A stretch of DNA of 64,000 nucleotides from Octopus sinensis (Eukaryota). The position numbers and the translations under genes were made by a program. The notes under the pieces are model-generated. The model was not told where the DNA came from. It did no database searches and worked only from the letters and a program-made list of their open reading frames with translations. Location: contig NC_043014.1 of assembly GCF_006345805.1 (NCBI RefSeq), forward strand, positions 50,530,001-50,594,000, in the 5' to 3' direction. This document shows, piece by piece, positions 53,970 to 64,000 of the stretch (positions are counted from its first letter, which is position 1; each line of letters starts with the position of its first letter).

Positions 53970-54142
53970 TACTTAGCGCTACTTCCTCTGCCGCTACGTT
54001 CTGAGTTCAAATTCCGCCGAGGTCGACTTTGCCTTTTATCCCTTAGTGGTCGGTAAATTGAGTACCAGTTGCGTACTGGGGTCGATCTAATCGACTGGTC
54101 CCCTCAGCCGAAATTTCGGGCCATGTGCCTAGAGTAGAAAAG
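53970..54142 (+). mobile_element. SINE family 2, short-tail variant
   Basis: acgttctgagttcaaattccgccgaggtcgactttgcc core; tail ggccatgtgcctagagtagaaaag. Confidence 0.75.
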
Positions 54143-54329
54143 AATAATTTTATTCTCCGAGGGAGGGCGGAAAAATTCATAGGGGGACCAAAGAGTTGTG
54201 CTAGAGCTGTGAAATGTTGCAACCCTTCTTATTAAAGTTTAGCCCGTTGTGGGGCAATAAAGAAATGAGAAACGTTATGTCTACATAAAATACACTAGAG
54301 CAAGATACTTAATGGAGCCAGCAAACAAT

Positions 54330-54712
54330 CACCAGGCAAATACATGAATATCCAAGCACCAGAATGCTTAAAATTAAGACCCATTATAGCTGGCCCAACC
54401 TCTGAAACCCAACGCCTAAGCCATTTCCTAAACATCCTACAGAAACCCTTGCTGAAATTAGAGACGACCTGGACATGGTAGAGCACCTAAGAAAAACAAC
54501 TAATGAAGAGGCATTATTGGTGTCCTTCGATATTATTAATCTTTACACCAACATCCCACAAGACTATGGAATAGAAGCAATAACATTCTAGTTGGAAAAG
54601 GACGCTGAAGCACTTTCGGAAGCATAAACCAAGTCTTTATACTTGAATCATTAAAATTTATACTTCAGAACAATTATTTGCTATTTGATAGCACGTACTA
54701 TCGTCGAAAAGT
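54330..54712 (+). pseudogene. Penelope-like reverse transcriptase fragment
   Basis: LRPIIAGPTSETQRLSHFLNIL, LLVSFDIINLYTNIPQDYGIEAI, FILESLKFILQNNYLLFDSTYY; frameshifts and stops present. Confidence 0.8.
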
Positions 54713-54788
54713 GATTCTGTATGACTAACATTTATAATAGATAACGCCGTTATATTATAGAAACCAGACCAAGCATATTTTAGGGATC

Positions 54789-55144
54789 AGAGTGGCTGTG
54801 TGGTAAGCAGCTTGCTTACTAACCACATGGTTTCGGGTTCAGTCCCACTGCGTGGCAGCTTGGGCAAGTGTCTTCTACTATAGCCCCGGGCCGACCAATG
54901 CCTTGTGAGTAGATTTGGTAGACGGAAACTGAAAGAAGCCTGTCGTATATATGTATATATATATGTATGTGTGTGTTTGTGTGTCTGTGTTTGTCCCCCC
55001 AGCATTGCTTGACAACCGATGCTGACAACCGATGCTTACAAAGAATAAGTCCCGGGGTCGATTTGCTCGACTAAAGGCGGTGCTCCAGCATGGCCGCAGT
55101 CAAATGACTGAAACAAGTAAAAGAGTAAAAAAGAGAAAAGAGTA
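54789..55144 (+). mobile_element. SINE family 1 with internal deletion
   Basis: Matches 6334-6752; ~70 bp lost at ~55020, with GACAACCGATGCT duplicated at the junction. Confidence 0.85.
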
Positions 55145-55828
55145 AGGGTTACATTCTCTCTATAGATTAGTATAAAGGAGCTAATTTTAAACTGCCATAT
55201 ATGAAGTCAATAAACAGGAGGGCTTTTATTTAACGGAAAAAGCATAACCAAAACAGGGAGTATGGAATTTTAAATACTGGTGACTAAAATTCATATTTAA
55301 CCATCAATAATCAATACGGCTTAGATATTAGTTTTTAAAAACATGTTTAATTGCAATTATATATAGTTTGTGGTATATAAATTATAAATTTTATAATAAA
55401 AAAATGTTTTATGTAAATAATATTCTAATCTTTTACAGAAAGAGATGAGTGTATTTAAACTTGTAGATGGATATTTTATTAGATGTGTACGAAAAACGGT
55501 TAATAAAATAAATAAATTTTTTTTTAAATAGTAAATAAAAATATGAAGATGTGGTTGTATTTACTTATTTTATCAGCTGCTAAAAACTATGAATGATTTA
55601 TGGAACGGTATAGAAAAGATATATATATCAAAGAGCTGTGAATAATCTAGGAGAAAAGAAAATAAATCAGAATTATGAGAAGTGTAGGGGAGATAACACT
55701 GTAGGGAAAAATTAGTCTTATTTCTATTTGTAATAGTAATGGAGAAATAATTAAAATTAAAACCATTTACATCATATGTAGATGGATGTGCACACGCAAA
55801 ACATTATATGTCATACATAGCTTTATAT

Positions 55829-56800
55829 AAAGGTGACGAGCTGCCAGAAACGTTAGCACGCCGGGCGAAATGCGTAGCCGTATTTCGTCTGCCGTTACGT
55901 TTCTGAGTTCAAATTCCGCCGAGGTCGACATTGCCTTTCATCCTTTCGGGATCAATAAATTAAGTACCAGTTACGCACTGGGGTCGATGTAATCGACTTC
56001 ATCCGTGTGTCTGTCTTTGTTTGTCTCCTCTGTGTTTAGACCCTAGTAGGTAGTAAAGAAATAGGTATTTCGTCTGTCGCTACGTTCTGAGTTCAAATTC
56101 CGCCGAGGTCGGGTTTGCCTTTCATCCTTTCGGGGGTCAATAAATTAAGTACCAGTTACGCATTGGGGTCGATGTAATCGACTTCATCCGTGTGTCTGTC
56201 TTTGTTTATCCACTCTGTGTTTAGCCCCTAGTAGGTAGTAAAGAAATAGGTATTTCGTCTGTCGTTACGTTCTGAGTTCAAATTCCGCCGAGGTCGACTT
56301 TGTTTTTCATCGTTTCGGGGTCGATAAATTAAGTACCAGTTACGCATTGGGGTCGATGTAATCGACTTAACTCGTGTGTCTGTCTTTGTTTGTCCCTTCT
56401 ATGTTTAGCTCCTTGTGGGTAATAAAGAAATAGGTATTTCATATGCCGTTACGTTCTGAGTTCAAATTCCGCCGAGGTCGAGTTTGCCTTTCATCCTTTC
56501 GGGGGTCAATAAATTAAGTACCAGTTACGCATTGGGGTCGATGTAATCGACTTAATCCGTGTGTCTGTCTTTGTTTGTCCCCTCTGTATTTAGCCCCTAT
56601 TAGGTAGTAAAGAAATAGGTATTTCGTCTGTCGTTACGTTCTGAGTTCAAATTCCGCCGAGGTCGACATGCCTTTCATCCTTTCGGGGTCAATAAATAAA
56701 GCACCAGTTTCGCAATGGGGTCGATGTAATCGACTTGATCCCTTTGTTTGTCCTTGATTGCCCCCTCTATGTTTAGCCCGTTGTGGGTAGTAAGGAAATA
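55829..56800 (+). repeat. SINE family 2 head followed by five head-less ~185-bp tandem units
   Basis: GTATTTC unit starts at 55880, 56065, 56250, 56434 and 56619. Confidence 0.9.
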
Positions 56801-56909
56801 CATATATATCATACATAGCTTTATACTTCAGAGTTAATGCGTGTATATACCGGTACAAGGATGTGTGTATATAAACGAAGAAAAACAAACACGTTCCTAT
56901 ACATACGAA

Positions 56910-56971
<62 letters not shown>

Positions 56972-58114
56972 CTCCATACACGACAATAAAATAGAGATAC
57001 ACTTGTACATGGACTGTTATGATTATTGTATACATATGTTCGTAAATAATGTTTATTTATATACACAGGCTGAATGTATAATGGCCATATAGGTTCCCAT
57101 ACGTACAAAACATACATTATTACATTACAAAAAGTTATATACATTATAATGATATATAAGAATTTTTATATTCGAAAATTGTTTAAAATATTATAAGTAT
57201 TTTTAATAAATGAATAAAAAGATGGTAATAAAAATGATTATAAAACCTAGTTGCTGAAATGATATATATAATATAAATTCCAAAATTCTATAAAATGGTA
57301 AATATTTGCATATACGGAGGATATCATAAGAAGATACTTATGTATAATTTTTATATACTCAAAAATACACAGAAATACAGACACACAAGCAGATACACAC
57401 ATACACATATACACACACATATATACTTAAATATGAATTACGGATTTCCGAAGCGCGACCAAGAAATAAAATCCTTCAAATCAGACCTTAATTTCTGAAA
57501 AAAAAAACAATAAAACGAGCATATTACTTATTGATTCTTTCCTACCCCATAAAAAGGACATGGAGTGCACGGTTTATTGTCTATAGCAGTATCTCTCTAA
57601 GATCAAAGGATGTTGCGTGACGAAGCATCCTCCACTACAACCAAAAACAACGACGCAATTTCTTATTCCAAGCAACAAAAGTACATTTGTCTTATAATTT
57701 TTTTGTTTTTGCTTGTTTTAAATGAACGCAATGAAAGTTACAACAGATTTCTTTTCAGAATAACTTACGAAGGAATCATGTGTTTTTTTTTTATTTTGTT
57801 AATCATAAAAACATAATTAAAATGGTGGTACGTACACAAACTTTATATATATACATACACAAATAAATATATAAATATATATACATACACAAATAAATAT
57901 ATTTGTATATGTAAATACACAGACATACACACACACACACATATATAGATATATATATACATACCTAATATATTAATATATATATATAATATACTAAATA
58001 TAGATGTATATATATATATATACATATAATATATATACATATACTAATATATATATATATATACACATTTATATGTATATATATATATATATATATAGAC
58101 ACCACATTTTATGG

Positions 58115-58153
<39 letters not shown>

Positions 58154-58518
58154 TAATGCAGCAATACAAGTATTGCCTTCCAGTAAAAAATCGGGACTTA
58201 GTTGTGCCATTTATTGACTAATTTGTGTATATTATATTATATATATATATATATATTAGATATATTATATATATCTATATATAAGATATATTATATATAT
58301 ACATATATATATATATATTTATATATATACATATAACTAATATATATATACATATATATACATATATATACACATACTATATAATATTACATACATATAT
58401 CTATACATATGCATTGTGTGTGTGCATATGAATGTATCTCGAAGCTATAGTTTGTGAATATATACATTCAAACATAACATTGTGAAACGTGATTATTTAA
58501 AGAAGGATGTAAAATCTA

Positions 58519-58618
58519 NNNNNNNNNNNNNNNNNNNNNNNNNNNNNNNNNNNNNNNNNNNNNNNNNNNNNNNNNNNNNNNNNNNNNNNNNNNNNNNNNN
58601 NNNNNNNNNNNNNNNNNN
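58519..58618. other. Assembly gap (100 N)
   Basis: Run of N. Confidence 0.99.
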
Positions 58619-58793
58619 ATACACATAATTTGCCATGTCGTATGGTGAATGATTCGGAATCATCATCATCATCATCACCATCATCATCGTCATCATCATC
58701 ATCATCATCATCATCAACATCATTACCATCATCATCATCATCATTATCATCCTTACCATTACCATCATCATCATCATCATCATCATCATCATT

Positions 58794-58854
<61 letters not shown>

Positions 58855-59194
58855 ACATCATTACCATCATCATCATCATCATCTACTTATTTATTTTCTC
58901 GCTGTTTTTTTTTCTTCTTCTTATTCACCTACTTCTTCTACTTGGACCTACACACACACATTCACACAATCACGCACACACACACACACAAACTCGATCA
59001 AACACACACACACACCTACGCACATACACACACACACATCTTCAATCCTCGAATATCCGAAAGAGAATCACACAATAAGTTATAGAGCATTAGATTAATT
59101 AGATAAAGAGACCTATAGCCGGTCTATGGGGTTACTCAGGGTTTTACATATTCACATACATAAAGATCTTAGCTTGACTGTGTTTCTTCATACA

Positions 59195-59360
59195 CTAAAA
59201 CCCGTTGTTATATGGCCTCTCTAGCAAGTGGCCTCTCTAGAAAACGGAGGTGGTTAAAAAACTCCGTTACAATCCCGTTTTTTTTTTGTCATGAAGTAAC
59301 AAAGTCTTTTTCTCTTTCTTTTCCTAGAGAGGCCGCTTGTGAGAAGCCAATGGGTTTTAG
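59195..59360. mobile_element. MITE-like inverted-repeat element with subterminal repeats
   Basis: CTAAAACCCGTTG / CAATGGGTTTTAG (12/13); CAAGTGGCCTCTCTAG / CTAGAGAGGCCGCTTG (15/16); GGCCTCTCTAG doubled on the left. Confidence 0.55.
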
Positions 59361-59430
59361 GGTCTGAGAAAAGGTGTAAAGCTAAACCCTTTGTGGACGT
59401 CAAACCCACAGTAATACCATTGACAGAGCA

Positions 59431-59501
<71 letters not shown>

Positions 59502-59668
59502 ATAATAATAATTTCTGTCCCCTACTTTGCTTTGTCCCCTAGTTTGACTCGAAATCTAACAGGCTCCCATAGATTTCTTAGCGCAAAAGGCGAGAAACGT
59601 AGAAAGGAACCGGTAGAAAAATCCAATCTAGGTTTCGAATCTTGGCTAAGAATCTTGGAAGATATCCG

Positions 59669-59704
<36 letters not shown>

Positions 59705-59795
59705 CACATACATGCACGCACTCACATATATATACGTATATATATATACGTATATATATATATACGTATATATATATACGTATATATATATAATT

Positions 59796-60007
59796 TCAAA
59801 ATGTGACCTCATGTGTACCGTTGGCGATTTTTTTTCCTCCGTCTTCCCTTCTCTGCATCTTTTCTTTTCCTATGTTTCTGACAAAGAGCTCCGCTCGAAA
59901 CGTTAAAACCTCCTTCTTCCCTTCTTTCCTGAGCGTCCAATAATACTATATTTGTTCCACGTCCTCGCGTTGTTGTGTTTTTTTGTGTTTTCTTGTTTGG
60001 ATTAACT
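59796..60007 (+). mobile_element. Short repeat family B with hammerhead-like motif at 59874-59909
   Basis: GTTT-CTGACAA-AGAGCTCCGCTC-GAAAC-GTT-AAAAC; homologous to 40697-40912. Confidence 0.7.
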
Positions 60008-60689
60008 AATTATATATACACACACACACATATATTTATATATATACATATATTAAATAATATATTAATATATATATATATTTAAGTACATATACATATA
60101 TACACATACATATGTGTTCGTGTGTGTGTTTGTTTGTGTGTGTGTGTGTGTGTGTGTTTGTGTGTGTGTGAGCGTGTGTTTGTGCGCATATTCGGTACCG
60201 TAAAATCTGTACTTAATCTACTTCATAAACATACATGAATAGAAATGCTTCACCAGGAATTATAAAGCTCGCATCAAAATGAAATGGTTTCCCGAGTTCC
60301 TCTGCGTAAAAGCAATTTGTGATCGAGCTCCCGAGCTCAAGTCAGCGTTCGGATTATTTGATTAAGCGCTTAATGACGTAAACGACATAGCGATATTCTT
60401 CCACTTGCAGAAATTCTACATTAACAGTGATATTGATGGATTCTATCTAAATTGAAAGAGAAAAGTGAAGTGGCTTAATATTGATGTAAACAATACTTTC
60501 TTGACTGTTGTATGATATCTCTTTCAAAAATCGGCAAAAGCGCAGGTATCGAAGTACATCTATAGAATATGTCTTTGTACATGGGAAAGATAAAATTATG
60601 ATATTCGGAGAATATTCCATGACTAATGGCGCAAAGTTCTCTGCACATGGCGTTATAAGGCTCTTCCACCACAAACCCTTTTTTTCTCT

Positions 60690-60862
60690 CCTTTTTTTTC
60701 TCCTTGTTTCTCTCCTTGTTTTTTTCTGTGTCCCTTTCCGTAGAAGAGCGTAGGCTCGAAACGTAAAATATTTTTTCTATTCCTGAGCGTTATAATAATA
60801 CATCTGTTTGTTTTGTACATCACCTGTCTTCGTCTTTTGTTTTTTTTTTCGTAAACTCTCCC
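60690..60862 (+). mobile_element. Family A repeat copy
   Basis: CTTT-CCGTAGA-AGAGCGTAGGCTC-GAAAC-GTA at 60734-60765; body matches 193-324. Confidence 0.65.
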
Positions 60863-61299
60863 TATGATATACGAGAATGTTTTAAAATGACAGTAGCTGA
60901 TAACAACCCTTGAGTCTGTATGGAATCACGCAATCCCTGTATTATCCTTTAATCTTTTTGTGAAAAGGAATACTGATGCTAGTTTTCCTGCATTTGTGAA
61001 TCTCAAGAAAATAACTTACGCACAAAAGGGAAAAGAATACAATATTTATTGATTTGCACCTTAAACCAACACAAGCACTCACGCACACACGAAGACAAAA
61101 ACACACAAATCATTTGCTTAGGTTCACATTATTGGTGGTTATTAGTTCAATAAATTCCAGTATTTGATTCGCAGGTAGAACACTCATAAATTAGTTCGAT
61201 AATTGATTAATAATTCATTTCTTCATTACAAATCTCCCAACACATTTGTCAAGGTAGTAGGCCCTTCACAAATCCAGTGCTATTAGTAGAATAAGTTAA

Positions 61300-61700
61300 A
61301 TAATAATAATAATAATAATAATAAAAACATTGTGTACAGTGCTCAGGTGCACTACAACTCATCTAAAGTGTATGTATAATCAGGTGTAGTTTCGGCGGAT
61401 TTCGGAAAGCATGAGGGCCTTAAAGGATGCAGTGTCATGGCAGTCAACAACTGACGCAGGCAGTTTGTTCCATGCTTCAGCAACTCTGAGCGTGAAAAAA
61501 TGTTTCCGAAAGTCATGGGAGCTGTGTTGTTTTCTGACTTTGTAGGCATGTCCACGTGTGTTAGACACATGGAGATCAAAAAGGTGTTCAGTGTTGTTGT
61601 TGGTGAGGTGGTTGATAACCTTGTGGGTGTTTACCAAGTCCATCGCCAGATGCCGGAGCTTCAGTTACGCATAGCACACGAGAAATATATACTAGTTTAA
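61300..61700 (-). mobile_element. 5'-truncated CR1/L2-like LINE 3' end with (ATT)n tail
   Basis: LKLRHLAMDLVNTHK...NTRGHAYKVRK...RKHFFTLRVAEAWNKLPASVV...SFK matches the CR1-group ORF2 C-terminus. Confidence 0.8.
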
Positions 61701-61784
61701 AAGAACGGCGGATAGCAATGAATTTCAGAGTGTTTAGGTGTTAATCTGAGGAGAGTACAATCTGAGGTCTTGCACCGAGAGTCG

Positions 61785-62270
61785 TAAAAATCAAGCATCC
61801 AGTCAACATCATGTGGTTTGGAGTGATCACTAGTGATGGCGACGTTATGCTTCAATTCATCTTCCTACACGGCCTCAGACTCGGAGGCCTACATCAAGTG
61901 CCTGGTGGTAGTGCTGCCCTTGGTCAAGAGGTTGGCTGCTGGAAGACCCTATGTCTGACCAGAGGTCTCTACACCATGCCACACAAGCAGGAGAACCCAT
62001 TCATGGCTGTCAGACAATTTCTGCGACCACATCTCCCCTAACACCTGGCCAAATAACTTTCCAAATTGCAACCCACTTAATTAATATACGTGGGGCTCAG
62101 TTTAGCGAGAGACCAGGAAAACTCCTTGCAACCCCAAAGAAGAGCTGAAAGTAAAGATTATGGCAGCATTAACCAGCTTAAACAAGGTGATTATCTAGAG
62201 GAATTGCAGAATATTCCGAAGTCATCCGGCGGCCATGGTTGAAGCCAATGGGGATTTTATTAAATAAATT
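61785..62270 (+). pseudogene. maT (DD37D)-like transposase C-terminal remnant
   Basis: KIKHPVNIMWFGVITSDGDVM, AAGRPYV, PCHTSRRTHSWLSDNFCDHISPNTWPNNFPNCNPLN, MVEANGDFIK*; stops and frameshifts. Confidence 0.8.
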
Positions 62271-62959
62271 TAACCTTCAGTATTTCAAGATAATTTTCTG
62301 TAATTTTGGTAAATATATGTGTTAAAATGAGATGACAGTGTCATTTTCATTTTTTGTCTTTTAGGCAACAAGTTCTTCAGGAAAATTTCCGGCAGTTATA
62401 AATTTGGCGTAAAACAGCAGAGTTCTATTTCTATAACGACTCATTTTGAGAAAATGGCTGCAACTGTTGACAAACGTTACACTGCGTCAGTCGTGACTAG
62501 ATTTTACACCACCTACTACTGACTGACTTTAAATTTCACTAGCATCAAATTCTCATTGAAGTTCGAAATTTTTGGTTATTCCATTCCCGGTAATCAAATT
62601 ACGTTTAGGATTCACACAAGAATAACTCGACTGGATTCCAAATCGAAATAATGAGAAGCCTTGAGAAAAGTAAAAGTCAAAAGAACAGCTCGCATTGAAA
62701 ACCCTGTGGAAATATTCAAAGCTGAAAAGTAAAGTCATACCTGACGACCTTTTGTAAGCGAATACCGCAATACGTCGAAAATCTCTTTACCGAAATTTTA
62801 TTTCATATAAATAGAACGAGAAATATTGTTCAATACCTGTACCTCGTACTTTAATTGAGCTCGGATATGCACAAATAAGCAAATATATTAGATACATATA
62901 CATATTATATATATATATATATAATTATATTTTATATATACATATACATATATATATAT

Positions 62960-63007
<48 letters not shown>

Positions 63008-63109
63008 AATTACTTACAAACATACATACTTACATGCATACATGCGTACGTATATATGTATATACAAACCTACATATATATGTGGATATATAGATCTGAA
63101 AGAGAGGGT

Positions 63110-63146
<37 letters not shown>

Positions 63147-63247
63147 TTACAGGTATACATATATCCGTATGTGTGCCACACCATGTGTTGTTAGCATCGA
63201 CATATGTCTACCCTATACGGTTATATGTACACATGTGCACACACATG

Positions 63248-63281
<34 letters not shown>

Positions 63282-63643
63282 TATATATATATACATACTT
63301 ACCTATATATATATATATATATATATATATAGATATATAGATATATATGTATACATACACACTCACACATATACATTGAATCACATATGTATCTATAGAT
63401 AAAAGTAATTATGAGAGACAATCTGTTCAAAGAACTCAAACCTGGTGGGCGGCTCCCTAATAACCAATAACTACAAATGCTTTCATCTAACGACAAACTT
63501 CGCTGATTAGAAAGATCAATATACATACATACATATACACCCACCCTCACCATATACATACATGCGTAGATGTATACTCTGACATGTTCATATATATATA
63601 TATGAACACACAAACACACTCACACATACATATATATATATAG

Positions 63644-63711
<68 letters not shown>

Positions 63712-64000
63712 ATATATATATAGATACAAATAGATAGATATCTAGATAGATTGATAAATGTATGCATGTGTATGGAGATGCAAATATCTACATACGTGCA
63801 TATATTGTACAACCTACTCATGACACTGAGTTTCGTAATCTCATTCTACACCCATATATATAGATATAGTATGTATATATATTATATAATTATATATAAT
63901 ATATCTATATATATATATATATATATATATATCTATATATATATTATATACGTATCATTGCAGATGCAATTTCAATATATATATATATACATACATACAT

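Noticed and set aside
55880-56800. CRISPR-like array
   Set aside because: Units are contiguous ~185-bp SINE bodies with no unique spacers and no cas genes.
60447-60753. Three overlapping minus-strand ORFs
   Set aside because: No recognisable motif, and one starts inside a family A repeat.

Overview
Eukaryotic, very AT-rich and microsatellite-saturated genomic DNA. No host protein-coding gene, rRNA, tRNA gene or CRISPR array can be confidently identified. The repeat repertoire resembles what I recall of Octopus/cephalopod genomes (an inference, not a database result). The window holds three tRNA-derived SINE families (one forming 185-bp tandem arrays), four Tc1/mariner-superfamily remnants, two short non-autonomous Helitrons, RTE, CR1-like and probable RLE-type LINE fragments, two Penelope-like RT remnants, MITE-like foldbacks and a 100-N gap. 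Most ORF-track entries are microsatellite artefacts. The main discovery is a set of four short repeat types carrying type I hammerhead-ribozyme motifs. One (29224-29474) has a fully canonical core inside ~55-bp terminal inverted repeats whose inner edge is exactly the GUC cleavage triplet. Also notable: a 72-bp gap-free hairpin (30273-30435), a 150-168-bp LTR-like element with an internal tRNA-Ser PBS and 5-bp TSD, and SINE copies sharing non-SINE flanks. All folds and alignments were done by eye; none is computed or experimentally verified.
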